Numbered from the stretch's first letter, positions 34,081 to 44,342 are shown. The stretch: 64,000 nucleotides of DNA from Arcobacter sp. (GCA_024228275.1 JAAETO010000285.1:15874-79873); one strand, 5' to 3'. Notes: a model not told the origin generated them from the letters alone. Numbers and translations are program-made.

Positions 34081-36291
34081 CTAAACCCCATCAGGAACAT
34101 TAACACTATGAAGTTGAACTGCACACTGTTTGTAATTTGGTTCAAAAGATTTTGGATCAAAATCATCTATTGTAATGATATTTATTAATTGTTCATTATA
34201 ATGAAAAGGAATAAATATAGCTCCAGGTCTTACATTTTGAGACTCTCTTACTATAATATTTTTTATTTTTCCTCTTATAGATGATATATCCATTCTATCT
34301 CCACTTTTAACTTTTAATTTCAAAGCATCTGTTGGATTAATCTCAATCCACGCTTCAGGAGCAAGATCATTTAATATTGATATTGTTTTTGTTTTAGTTC
34401 TTGTATGCCATTGTTCAACTGTACGACCTGTATTTAACATAAAAGGAAAATCTTTATTTTCTTCTTCTTTTAGTGGTAACCAATCTAAAGCTAAAAGTTT
34501 TGCTTTTCCATCTTGTGTAGGGCAAGACATATCCTCACTATAAAGTCTACTTGTACCTTTTGGATTAGCTTCATTACATGGCCATTGGATACCACCTAGT
34601 TCTTCAATAAGTTCATATGTCATACCAGTATAATCACAAAGTCTACCTCGACTAACTTTTTTCCATTCGTTAAAGGCGTCTTTTGGTTCTTTCCAGTTTG
34701 GATATAATTTTTCTTTAAGGTCAAAGTATTTTGAAAATTCTAATACAATATTAAAATCACTTTTTGTATTTACTAAGGGGTCAACAGCTTTTTTAGCATA
34801 ATTACATCTTCTTTCACTATTTGTATAAGTACCCTCTTTTTCACTCCATGTTGCAGCAGAAAAAACTATATCGGCATTTAATGCAGTATCGCTTTTAAAA
34901 GCATCTTGAACTACAAGTAAGTCTAGTTTTCTTAGTGCACGTCTAAGTTTATTTTGATCAGGAAATGATACAAGAGGATTAGTTGCTACAATCCATAAAG
35001 CTTTTATTTCACCTTTATCAATTGCATCAATTATTTGAGGATAGGAATATCCCCTAGAACTTGGTACATCTTCTACAGGAAGATTTACAATATTTGCATA
35101 TTCTTCTCTATCTTGTAAACTAGCAAAGTTTCTATATCCTGGTATTGATGAAGTAAAACCAGTCTCTCTTGTACCCATAGCATTACATTGACCAGTAATT
35201 GAAAGTGCTGTCGCACCTTTACGTCCAAGATTTCCAGTAATAAGTGCAAGATTACAAATAGAACTTACCGTATCTGTTCCAATAGAACTTTGGTTTACTC
35301 CCATAGTCCAAGCACTCATTGCAGCAGGAGATGAAGCATAAATTTTAGCAATATTATATAACTCTTGAACTTCTATACCTGTAATGTTTGCAACTTTTTC
35401 TGGTGTGTAGTTTTCTATTATATGTTTTTCAAACTCTTCATATCCACTCGTTCTAGTTTTAATAAATTTCTCATCTTGCCAACCTTGTTTTAAGATTATG
35501 TGACAAAGACCATTGATAAGAGCTAAATCGCTTCTAGGTTTCAACGGTACATAAATATCTGCCATTTTTGCTGTTTTAGAAACTCTAGGGTCTATAACTA
35601 TAATTGTAGGTTTTTTACCGGTTGTTTTTTCATTTTTTGCAATATGTAATTTTAAAATAGGGTGGTTATCTGCAATATTTGCTCCTATTAGCATAATTAC
35701 ATCTGCGTATGAAAAATCTTCATAACAACCAACTGGACCATCACTTCCAAAAGTCTGTTTATATCCCATAACTGCACTTGCCATACATAAAGTTGTATTT
35801 CCGTCATAGTTATTTGTTTTAAGACCCATTTGTACAAATTTTCCAAGTGTATAAAACTCTTCAGTTAAAAGTTGACCAGTTGAGATGCAGGCAATTGCTT
35901 TATTTCCATATTTCTTTTGTATATCTTTAAACTTGTCACTTGTAGTTTGAAATACTTCATTCCAAGTAGAATCTATAAGTTGACCTTGTTTTCTTATCAT
36001 AGGTTTTGTAAATCTATTTTCACTTTGAACCATCTCATGCTCACTTAATCCTTTTGGGCAAAGTGTACCTTTGTTTACAGGATGAGATGGGTCACCTTTT
36101 ATATAAACAGGTTTATTATTCTTCGTTCCTATATATAAACCACAACCCACACCACAATAACCGCAAGTACTTCTTACCCAATTAGTTGGTGCTTTATGTT
36201 TTGATATTCTTCCAAAGGTCTTGTCATTAGTTAAAGAGTATTCCTCTTCTTTTATACTTACACCTAAAAAGTTTTTAATTTTATTAATCAT
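34081..36291 (-). CDS. nasA: assimilatory nitrate reductase catalytic subunit (Mo-bisMGD, NasA/NarB type)
   Basis: 736 aa. It has the N-terminal 4Fe-4S motif CGYCGVGCG...CPKG and no twin-arginine signal. It has typical molybdopterin oxidoreductase blocks and a C-terminal beta-barrel domain. Confidence 0.85.
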   Translation of the reverse strand: MINKIKNFLGVSIKEEEYSLTNDKTFGRISKHKAPTNWVRSTCGYCGVGCGLYIGTKNNKPVYIKGDPSHPVNKGTLCPKGLSEHEMVQSENRFTKPMIRKQGQLIDSTWNEVFQTTSDKFKDIQKKYGNKAIACISTGQLLTEEFYTLGKFVQMGLKTNNYDGNTTLCMASAVMGYKQTFGSDGPVGCYEDFSYADVIMLIGANIADNHPILKLHIAKNEKTTGKKPTIIVIDPRVSKTAKMADIYVPLKPRSDLALINGLCHIILKQGWQDEKFIKTRTSGYEEFEKHIIENYTPEKVANITGIEVQELYNIAKIYASSPAAMSAWTMGVNQSSIGTDTVSSICNLALITGNLGRKGATALSITGQCNAMGTRETGFTSSIPGYRNFASLQDREEYANIVNLPVEDVPSSRGYSYPQIIDAIDKGEIKALWIVATNPLVSFPDQNKLRRALRKLDLLVVQDAFKSDTALNADIVFSAATWSEKEGTYTNSERRCNYAKKAVDPLVNTKSDFNIVLEFSKYFDLKEKLYPNWKEPKDAFNEWKKVSRGRLCDYTGMTYELIEELGGIQWPCNEANPKGTSRLYSEDMSCPTQDGKAKLLALDWLPLKEEENKDFPFMLNTGRTVEQWHTRTKTKTISILNDLAPEAWIEINPTDALKLKVKSGDRMDISSIRGKIKNIIVRESQNVRPGAIFIPFHYNEQLINIITIDDFDPKSFEPNYKQCAVQLHSVNVPDGV

Positions 36292-36303
36292 GATTATTCC
36301 TAT

Positions 36304-37896
36304 TTATGTACGTTGGTTACCAGCAAAAAAATTACCCGCAAGTCCCTGTGCTACAGCCGTTTTATAAAATAGAAGTCTTGATACTATTTCACTTGAAAAT
36401 GAAATAACAAAAGCCAAAGACAATAAAATAATAGCCTCTGTATAATTTTCAGAAGCAATAAGTAGCATTGTTAACAATGGAAGTCCAAGAGCTCCTATAT
36501 AAAGTGTAATTTCTCTATATAAGGTGTGTTTTTTAAAGTTTTTTTCATATAATGTTTTCGTTTTATTTAATTGATAAAAATTAGAATTATTTTTATCTAA
36601 ATATTTATAAAAATCACTTTCTTTAGTAAACTCTGTATATTGTAAATATGAAATAAATATTGCTATTGATATAAGAAAACTAGCACTTAAATAACAAGTA
36701 TTTACAATTAAAATAATTGATACTAATAACATACCAATATAAGATACATTGAAAAAGATTTTTGTAGTTTCTTTTTTATTCCAAGATGGTCTAGCTTTTA
36801 TTCTATAAATCATAGATTGTGAATATATACCATATATTCCAATGCTTAAAATAATTATTTCAAGACTAAGTTTAAATAATTGATTAAATTCAAAAAAGAA
36901 AACTATTAGTAATAGTGTTAATCCTAAAGCATAAAGACCTAAAGCTAAAGCTTCTCTACTTAACCATGAAGTTTTAATATTCTTCATAGCAGTATGTGCT
37001 AATATTGGACGACCTAAATGAAGTGCTGAAAGTGGTAACCCAATTGCAACAGGAATAAAAACAGCAAGAATCATCCATATATTTGGCTGATTTAAATTAA
37101 AGCCTAGAAAATTTATTAATTCATTAGCCACTATTGCAGCAAATCCACCAAGTGATATTTGAGTTAGTACTGTCATAAATACTAAAGGCAATTCAGAGTG
37201 GTTTGGTTTTATTATATGTGCATCTGCTGGAATCACTTCTTCACTTTTTTCATTTATTGTATATCTTGTTGTTGGTTTTGTTATATTTACATCTGGAAGA
37301 TGAGGTGCAATACCTTCTTTTTCTAAACCTTCATTTAACCAATCTTTAGTATTTACAACTTCAATTTCAATTGCACCTGCTGGACAGGCTTGAATACAGG
37401 CTGGTGTTTCACTTACTTCAAGTTTTTCATGACACATATGACATTTTGTTACTATTCCTCTATTATGATTAAAAACAGGAACTTCATAAGGGCAATTCCA
37501 AGTACAGTATTGACACCCTATACATGTTTCATCTTCATGGTATACTATTCCATTATCGAATTTTATATAAGATTCTGTTGGACAGCCTTTTAAACATTCA
37601 GGATCTATACAGTGATTACATGACATTGAATTAAAATGGTTTGATACATTAGGAAAAATACCACTTTGAGTTTCTCCAACTCTTCTCCATTTTATATCTG
37701 AAGGATTGTTATTTTGTTCATTACATGCAACTTCACAACAGTGGCATCCTACACAAGCTGTTGCATCAAAATGAAATCTATATTGTTCACCTTTTTTAGG
37801 CTTTTCTATATCGATACTATAGTTACCACATTGCATATCAGTTTGTGCTTTTTTATTTATAAAGCTTTCTAAAGGAGTTGATTCTTTTATACTCAT
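36304..37896 (-). CDS. fusion of a four-cluster [4Fe-4S] ferredoxin (DmsB/NrfC-like) to an eight-helix DmsC-like membrane anchor
   Basis: 530 aa. There are four Cys groups: CVGCHCCEVAC, CNHCIDPECLKGCP, CIGCQYCTWNCP, CHMC...CIQACP. About eight hydrophobic helices follow. There is no signal peptide. The stop lies 12 nt before the nasA start. Confidence 0.75.
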   Translation of the reverse strand: MSIKESTPLESFINKKAQTDMQCGNYSIDIEKPKKGEQYRFHFDATACVGCHCCEVACNEQNNNPSDIKWRRVGETQSGIFPNVSNHFNSMSCNHCIDPECLKGCPTESYIKFDNGIVYHEDETCIGCQYCTWNCPYEVPVFNHNRGIVTKCHMCHEKLEVSETPACIQACPAGAIEIEVVNTKDWLNEGLEKEGIAPHLPDVNITKPTTRYTINEKSEEVIPADAHIIKPNHSELPLVFMTVLTQISLGGFAAIVANELINFLGFNLNQPNIWMILAVFIPVAIGLPLSALHLGRPILAHTAMKNIKTSWLSREALALGLYALGLTLLLIVFFFEFNQLFKLSLEIIILSIGIYGIYSQSMIYRIKARPSWNKKETTKIFFNVSYIGMLLVSIILIVNTCYLSASFLISIAIFISYLQYTEFTKESDFYKYLDKNNSNFYQLNKTKTLYEKNFKKHTLYREITLYIGALGLPLLTMLLIASENYTEAIILLSLAFVISFSSEIVSRLLFYKTAVAQGLAGNFFAGNQRT

Positions 37897-38125
37897 GTTA
37901 GTATCCTAGTTTTTATTTTATTTGTTTAATTGATAGTTTAAATAATACTTTAGAATCAAAACTTTCAAAACTCTCTTTTTCTAATTTTTAGTAACTCTTT
38001 TGTTATAAGATTTGCTTTATATATATTATTATAACAGTTAAAAAAAGCATAAATAAAATTTGTTTGTATATTATATATACAATATTAGATTAAATAGCTG
38101 TATAATTAAAAAACAAAAATAATTA

Positions 38126-39748
38126 TCAATTATTTATTAATAAAATTATATTAATAATCAATAAAAAATAAAATCCAACTTTATAAAATTTTAATGGATC
38201 TCTTTGTAAAAGAGGAGTTTCCTTATTAAAAAATGGTTTAATTTTATTTGTATTTTCAAGTTCAAAAAGCATATGCGAATAGTTTTTATATCTTAAGTCT
38301 TCATCTACACTTATAGCTCTTAAAATTAGACTTTCTAACCAATTTGGTAGATTGTTATTATATGTTTTTGGATTTTTAGCTTTTTTAAAATTAGGATTTT
38401 GAAATGGTTCTATATCTCCATATGGAAGTTTTCTTGTAAGACTTTCGTAAAGGCTTACCCCTATAGAAAATACTTCTGTTTTTTCATTTATAAAAGAATC
38501 TTTAAATCGTTCAGGTGCTAAATATGTAGGAGTTCCAGCTCTAGAGTTTACAGAATAAATTTCTGTAATAGAACCAAAATCAATTACTTTAAATATTTTT
38601 TTACCATCACGTTCTAAGATAATTATATTTTCAGGTTTTATATCTCCATGAACTAAATCATATTTTAGTAAATATTGACTCATATGCAAAAGTGTTTTTG
38701 CTAATAAAATAGTTTCTTCAATAGATAAAGCTCTTTTCTTTAGGTATGATTTTAACGTGATACCATCAAGTCTTGTCATAAGATAATATCTTGCAGTACG
38801 ATTTTTAGGTACAACTGTTTTTGGAAAGAATCCAGCTTTTAGTCTCTTTGCATTCCATACTTCTTTTACAAATAAATCTAAAATCTCTTCGTTGTCTATT
38901 GCTTCAAGTGGAGCAAATTTAATTACATATTCGATACCTTTTTTTTCACAAAGCCAAGTTCTATTATTTTGTATTAAAGATAGTTTTAATTTATAACCGT
39001 CAATTTCATCGTCTTTTTTTAATTTTTTAGGAATACTTAGAGATAATTTTTTAAGCTTTGAAACTTCATCAGTATCTAAAATATCAATTATAATAGCACT
39101 AGTGTCATCTGGCAGATTGTCCTTTACTGTTTTACTAGCTTTTTTTACGAGTACACTAGCACTATATTTCATATATTTTAATAACGATTCATCATCTAAT
39201 AGTGAATATAAACCATCACTACAAAGTAAAATAGAGTCATCTTTTAGTATATTATTTTCAAAATAAAAGATTTCTACATCTTCTTCTATACCAATTGCAT
39301 TGCTTAAAACATTATCCATTCCATCTTCATTGTGATCAAGAGATAGTTGTTTTAGTTTATTATCTCTTTTTATATAAATTCTACTATCACCAACATTTGC
39401 ACCATATAATCTATCTCCATCAATTACAACGATAGCTAAGGTAGTTACAAGTTCTGGTCTTTGATATTGAACAATAGATTCTTGATATAAAATTGTGTTA
39501 ATAGAGTTTATAAAAAATTTTATTGATTTTTCTACACTCCAAGCAAGTGGCCTATTTTTAAAATTATTTATAAGATGAGTACTTACTCTTTTAGCGGCTT
39601 CAGCTCCAGCACTAGCTGATCCAACTCCATCACATAAAACTGCAATAGCAATATTATTTGTAATTTTAATATCAATAAAATCATCACCTACAAGTTCTTG
39701 CCTTTTTGCAAGTGTAAATCCTGATGTTTTAATATTACTTTTAGCCAT
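38126..39748 (-). CDS. bifunctional PP2C-type Ser/Thr phosphatase + Hanks-type Ser/Thr kinase with a C-terminal TM anchor
   Basis: 540 aa. PP2C motifs are LCDGVGS, GDSRIYI, LLCSDGLYS and DDTSAIII. Kinase motifs are HGDIKPENIII, DFGS and GTPTYLAPE. The C-terminal hydrophobic tail is VGFYFLLIINIILLI. Confidence 0.8.
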   Translation of the reverse strand: MAKSNIKTSGFTLAKRQELVGDDFIDIKITNNIAIAVLCDGVGSASAGAEAAKRVSTHLINNFKNRPLAWSVEKSIKFFINSINTILYQESIVQYQRPELVTTLAIVVIDGDRLYGANVGDSRIYIKRDNKLKQLSLDHNEDGMDNVLSNAIGIEEDVEIFYFENNILKDDSILLCSDGLYSLLDDESLLKYMKYSASVLVKKASKTVKDNLPDDTSAIIIDILDTDEVSKLKKLSLSIPKKLKKDDEIDGYKLKLSLIQNNRTWLCEKKGIEYVIKFAPLEAIDNEEILDLFVKEVWNAKRLKAGFFPKTVVPKNRTARYYLMTRLDGITLKSYLKKRALSIEETILLAKTLLHMSQYLLKYDLVHGDIKPENIIILERDGKKIFKVIDFGSITEIYSVNSRAGTPTYLAPERFKDSFINEKTEVFSIGVSLYESLTRKLPYGDIEPFQNPNFKKAKNPKTYNNNLPNWLESLILRAISVDEDLRYKNYSHMLFELENTNKIKPFFNKETPLLQRDPLKFYKVGFYFLLIINIILLINN

Positions 39749-39832
39749 TGTATAACCTTTTAATATCTAAATTAAATTTTCTAAAAATACTTAATTTAGA
39801 TATAAAAAGAGGCAAGCTCTTTTTATATTATT

Positions 39833-41113
39833 TTAAATTCTTCCACCTGCGACAACTCCCCAAGTAGTTCTCCATCTAGTTTTAACTAAACTAATTCCAG
39901 AAATTGCGATTACTACAACACCTGCAAAAATTAAAAATCCAGCACTGTATCCATCAAAAGCACCTTTTGACCATCCTAAAGTTTGAATTAATGCTGTTCC
40001 TCCAAGACCACCTGCACATCCTACTAGACCCGTCATGATACCTATATCTTTTCCAAACCTTTGAGGTACTAGTTGAAAAACAGCTCCATTAGCCATACCA
40101 AGACATGCCATAGTTAAAAATAGGATAATAATAGCAACAAAAAATGGTAGTATAACTAATGCATTAATAACAGCTAGACAAACAACCATTCCATAGAAGA
40201 AGTATAAAGATTTTACTCCACCGATTTTATCAGCAATATTACCACCAACAGGTCTTAATATAGCACCTGCAAAAATACATAAAGCTCCAAAATAACCCGC
40301 AATAACTTTTACATTACTTTCATTTAACATGTCTAATCCAAATACAGACATATCAGCTTGATATGTGTTCATTAAATATACTTTCATGTATCCTGCAAAG
40401 CCAACAAAGCCACCAAATGAAACTGCATAAAATAGCGAAAACCACCATGTATCTTTATCTTTTAATAGTTTACCATAATCCGATAACTTTTTTGGGTTTG
40501 CTTTATATACAGATTCAGGCGCATCTTTTGCTAGGAATAAATATGCAATAAATACAATAATTGCCATAAATGCTCCAACCCCAAATACTGTATTCCAACC
40601 CCAAATTTCAGCAATTTTTGGTGCAAATAAGAAATCAACAACAACACCAATATTACCAGCTCCTGCAATACCAAGTACAACTCCTTGAAGTTTTGGTGGA
40701 TACCATTGACCAGCTTGTGGAAGTGCAACTGCAAATGAAGCTCCTGCAAAACCAAGACCCAGTGCAACTATAAGAAGTTGATTATAAGTAATACTATCAC
40801 CTTGTAAATAAGTACTTAAAAGTGCAGCTATTACAATAGATTGAGAAATAAGCGCAGTTGTTTTCGCACCTAATTTATCTACACCAAAACCTAATACAAT
40901 TCTTAAAATTGCTCCTGATAGTATTGGAAGTGACAGTAATGTAGCTTTTTCGCTTGCAGACATTATATAACCATTTAAAGCTAATGCTTCACTTATTTCA
41001 GTACTTAAAGGGCCTAACATTGTCCATACCATAAAACTCATATCAAAATATAAGAAAGCCATAAACAGTGTTGCTGTATGTCCTTGACCTTTTAAATCCT
41101 TTAATCCTGCCAT
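39833..41113 (-). CDS. narK: MFS nitrate/nitrite transporter (NarK/NasA-transporter family)
   Basis: 426 aa with 12 TM segments. The Gly-rich NNP signatures are GFGVDKLGAK and GLVGCAGGLGG. Confidence 0.8.
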   Translation of the reverse strand: MAGLKDLKGQGHTATLFMAFLYFDMSFMVWTMLGPLSTEISEALALNGYIMSASEKATLLSLPILSGAILRIVLGFGVDKLGAKTTALISQSIVIAALLSTYLQGDSITYNQLLIVALGLGFAGASFAVALPQAGQWYPPKLQGVVLGIAGAGNIGVVVDFLFAPKIAEIWGWNTVFGVGAFMAIIVFIAYLFLAKDAPESVYKANPKKLSDYGKLLKDKDTWWFSLFYAVSFGGFVGFAGYMKVYLMNTYQADMSVFGLDMLNESNVKVIAGYFGALCIFAGAILRPVGGNIADKIGGVKSLYFFYGMVVCLAVINALVILPFFVAIIILFLTMACLGMANGAVFQLVPQRFGKDIGIMTGLVGCAGGLGGTALIQTLGWSKGAFDGYSAGFLIFAGVVVIAISGISLVKTRWRTTWGVVAGGRI

Positions 41114-41374
41114 TAAAAATTCCTTTTAAATATTCTTAAAATAATTATATAATGAAAAGTATGAAATTTTGGCATTTGTCTGTATAAAATATATCCAATA
41201 TTTTAAAAATATTAGTATATAAAATATTGATTATATTGTATACACAATATTTCTTAATGATTATATCACTTCAAAAGATTAAATAAATAAAACATGATAT
41301 TATTAAATAGGGTGGATAGAGCTTTTATATAATAGAGATTATAAGAGAAGAATAAATCTTCTCTTATATATTTG

Positions 41375-42349
41375 TTATTTTAAAATGATAGCTTCATTAT
41401 CATAATAGATTGTATTATCAATAGCTATTACTTTTTCTTCATTGTCAAAATCAAAATCATATATCTTATCAGATTTAAAATCTTTTGAAATATTAATTAA
41501 ATAACCTTCAGATTCAAGTGCATACAAAGATGAACCATATGCAAGAACATAAAATTTTGCAAATTTATATTTTTTTCTGTTAATAATATTTAAAGAAATA
41601 TCAGTTTTAATTATTTGACCATCAATTGTAGCAATATAAATAAAATTGTCATGTGAAATAATATCACGTACAGAATAATCTTTTATATTTAAAACTCCAT
41701 CCCCTACAGATATAACTTTATTAGCTGTTGCTGCTACTAGAGTGTCATTTATCACATCTAAAAATATAATATTGTTAAACTGTCCATTTGGATCAACTAC
41801 AATATTTTTTATTATTTGGTTGTCTTCTTTTGAAACTACAACTATTTTTCCATCTAAAGTTGGGAAAAGAATAATATTACTCATGTAATAAGGATTTGCA
41901 ATTCTTGTATCGTTAACAAATGAGTGAGTAAAATATTCTTTTAATAATATTTTTTCTTCATTAATATCATACAGTTCAATTGAGTTATCAGAATATAATA
42001 AGGCTAACTTATTATCTTTTAATGTAGCAGCAACTACTACACCACTTACATTTATTTCTTTACTATCTACTAAGACCTTATCTTTATAGTTTGATGATAT
42101 AACTATATTATCGCTAATATTTAAAAAGTTATACCCTTTAGGAACTTTTATTTTAGATAAACCTCTTTTACTAATAATTTGACCATTATTTAGCGTTGCA
42201 CCGTCTTTATTCATAGAAATTATATCACCTTTTAAAGAAACAGTATCACTATTGTAATTACCTTTTGTATCTTCTGGTTCATAATATTTTTTTGAAGAAC
42301 ACCCTGCAAAAATAAAAATTAAAGTTAAAAACAATAGTAAATGTTTCAT
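41375..42349 (-). CDS. beta-propeller (PQQ-repeat-like) lipoprotein, possibly BamB-like
   Basis: 324 aa with lipobox IFAGC. It shows repeated short beta-strand/turn periodicity and sits directly downstream of a YfgM-like gene, as in the enterobacterial yfgM-bamB arrangement. Confidence 0.45.
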   Translation of the reverse strand: MKHLLLFLTLIFIFAGCSSKKYYEPEDTKGNYNSDTVSLKGDIISMNKDGATLNNGQIISKRGLSKIKVPKGYNFLNISDNIVISSNYKDKVLVDSKEINVSGVVVAATLKDNKLALLYSDNSIELYDINEEKILLKEYFTHSFVNDTRIANPYYMSNIILFPTLDGKIVVVSKEDNQIIKNIVVDPNGQFNNIIFLDVINDTLVAATANKVISVGDGVLNIKDYSVRDIISHDNFIYIATIDGQIIKTDISLNIINRKKYKFAKFYVLAYGSSLYALESEGYLINISKDFKSDKIYDFDFDNEEKVIAIDNTIYYDNEAIILK

Positions 42350-42358
42350 AAATATCCT

Positions 42359-42940
42359 TTATTTAGTGATTAAATAATGTTTTAAAATATTAACTAAATC
42401 ATTTGCTTTTGATGTTTCAGGGATAAGATTTAAAGTAGCCTTAGCATCTTCATATTTTCCTGAGTCTACCTCTAATAAAGCCTTATTTAATATAGCAAAT
42501 TCTTTTAGTAAAAAGTCTTTTTGCATAGAGACTGAATTTAATTTGTTAATATCTTTTGAATCTAATGCTTTTTGATAGTCCACTAAATCTTTTAAATATT
42601 TTAATTTAATATCAGATGTATTACCTTCTTTTAAGCCTTGCATAAATTGTGCAACTTGATAAAGTTGAATATTTTTTTCTTTTAATATATTTAAAGCATC
42701 CTCATCTTTTTGATTTTCTAATACTTTATTAAAAGCAATATTCGCTTCTAATTTATTTTTATCTTGAATACTTTTTGTTACGTAAAGACCAATAATAGAA
42801 CCTATAACTATCACTACTGCAGCAATTATAATAAGCTTATTTTTTTTATAAAATCGCTCTACTCTAACAAAGCCTTCAAGAAACTTTTCTTCACTATTTA
42901 ATTCTTCTTTTACATATTTTGCATTTTCTTTTAAACTCAT
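42359..42940 (-). CDS. single-pass membrane protein with a TPR-like helical domain (YfgM-like)
   Basis: 193 aa. It has an N-terminal cytoplasmic stretch, one TM segment (IIIAAVVIVIGSIIGLYV) and a helical C-terminal domain. Confidence 0.5.
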   Translation of the reverse strand: MSLKENAKYVKEELNSEEKFLEGFVRVERFYKKNKLIIIAAVVIVIGSIIGLYVTKSIQDKNKLEANIAFNKVLENQKDEDALNILKEKNIQLYQVAQFMQGLKEGNTSDIKLKYLKDLVDYQKALDSKDINKLNSVSMQKDFLLKEFAILNKALLEVDSGKYEDAKATLNLIPETSKANDLVNILKHYLITK

Positions 42941-43052
42941 TTAAAACCTTCTTAAAAAATTAGACATTATAATACAAAAAAAATTATAAAATCTTACTTT
43001 TATATTAATTTTTATATAATGCCTACTCTTAATAATCAACAAAAGGCAAATA

Positions 43053-44342
43053 ATGAACAAGTTTTTATTAATTTCATCATTAGTTTTATTTTTATCACAA
43101 TCAATAGTAGCAAAAGAGGAAAAAGAAGAGTTAACTCAAACAAGATTTGAATCTTTATCAAAACTTACTCAAGTTATAGGTACAGTAGAAAAATATTATG
43201 TTGATGAGATAAAGCTTCAAGAAATAGTAAATAAGGCTTTAAAAGGTTTAATGCAAGAGTTAGATGCACACTCAACTTTTCTTGATAAAAAGTCTTCAAA
43301 AGAGATGAGTATTCAAACTCAAGGAGAATTTGGAGGTTTAGGTATAACTGTTGGAATGAGAGATGGAGCATTAACTGTTATTTCACCTATTGATGATACC
43401 CCTGCATTTAAAGCAGGTATAAAAGCTGGAGATATAATTTTAAAAATCGATAGTAACTCAACATTAAATATGACTTTAGATGAAGCTGTATCATTAATGA
43501 GAGGTAAACCAAAAACGCCCATAGTTTTAACTATTGTTAGAAAAGGTGAAAATAAACCAATTAAAATTGATATAGTTCGAGATATTATAAAAATACAATC
43601 TGTATTTGCGAAAACGATTGAAAATGAAGATCTATTATATTTAAGAGTTTCAAGTTTCGATAGAAAAGTAACGAATAATTTAAGAAAAGAGATTAAAAAT
43701 AGACCAAAGATAAAAGGAATTATTTTAGATTTAAGAAATAATCCAGGAGGATTATTAACTCAAGCTATTGGTGTAGTTGATCTTTTTATTGACGAAGGAA
43801 TTGTAGTTTCTCAAAAAGGTAGAAAAAAAGAAGACGAAGAAAAATTTTATGCAAAGAAATCAACTACTGTTTCTAAAGTACCTTTAGTTGTTCTTGTAAA
43901 TGGTGGTTCTGCTTCTGCTTCGGAGATTGTAAGTGGAGCTTTACAAGATCATAAAAGAGCTATAGTTATTGGAGAGAAGACATTTGGAAAAGGTTCTGTT
44001 CAAGCTATTTTGCCAGTTAGAGAAGATAGAAGTGAAAATATTAAATTAACAATTGCAAAATATTATTTACCAAGTGGTAGAACAATACAAGCAAAAGGTA
44101 TAAATCCGGATGTAATCTCTTATGAAGGAGAGAGTGTTCATGAGAAAAATTCTGAATTTAAATTAAAAGAAGCTGATCTTAAAAAACATCTAGAAGTTGA
44201 GTTAGAAAAAGATAATAGTGTAAAAAAAGCAAAAATTGAACCTATGAATAAAAAATTAATCAACAAAGAAGATATAGAAAACGATAATCAACTTAATACT
44301 GCTTTAGGTATTTTAAAATCATTAATAATTATTAACAAATAA
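43053..44342 (+). CDS. ctpA: carboxy-terminal processing protease (S41 family, PDZ domain)
   Basis: 429 aa with a signal peptide. GGLGITVG with GDIILKID marks the PDZ domain. LDLRNNPGGLL, GGSASASEIVSGALQD and FGKGSVQ are S41 catalytic blocks. Confidence 0.85.
   Translation: MNKFLLISSLVLFLSQSIVAKEEKEELTQTRFESLSKLTQVIGTVEKYYVDEIKLQEIVNKALKGLMQELDAHSTFLDKKSSKEMSIQTQGEFGGLGITVGMRDGALTVISPIDDTPAFKAGIKAGDIILKIDSNSTLNMTLDEAVSLMRGKPKTPIVLTIVRKGENKPIKIDIVRDIIKIQSVFAKTIENEDLLYLRVSSFDRKVTNNLRKEIKNRPKIKGIILDLRNNPGGLLTQAIGVVDLFIDEGIVVSQKGRKKEDEEKFYAKKSTTVSKVPLVVLVNGGSASASEIVSGALQDHKRAIVIGEKTFGKGSVQAILPVREDRSENIKLTIAKYYLPSGRTIQAKGINPDVISYEGESVHEKNSEFKLKEADLKKHLEVELEKDNSVKKAKIEPMNKKLINKEDIENDNQLNTALGILKSLIIINK

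Noticed and set aside
34081-36291. Periplasmic (Nap-like) or respiratory identity for the 736-aa nitrate reductase
   Set aside because: The N-terminus has no twin-arginine motif or signal peptide, and no napB/napD/napGH genes are present. The adjacency to narK and nirBD fits a cytoplasmic assimilatory enzyme.
38064-38082. AT-rich palindromes upstream of nitrate genes (ttgtatat-tat-atatacaa at 38064-38082; atattgt-atac-acaatat at 41233-41250) as a shared Crp/Fnr- or NtcA-type site
   Set aside because: The half-site spacing differs between the two (TTGT-N11-ACAA versus TTGT-N4-ACAA), and neither matches the GTA-N8-TAC or TTGAT-N4-ATCAA consensus. Short A/T palindromes are expected by chance in DNA this AT-rich.
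41375-42940. Firm BamB and YfgM gene-symbol assignments
   Set aside because: Only the gene order, lipobox/TM architecture and repeat-like beta-strand periodicity support them. I could not verify family-specific motifs by eye, so they are reported as low-confidence '-like' calls without symbols.
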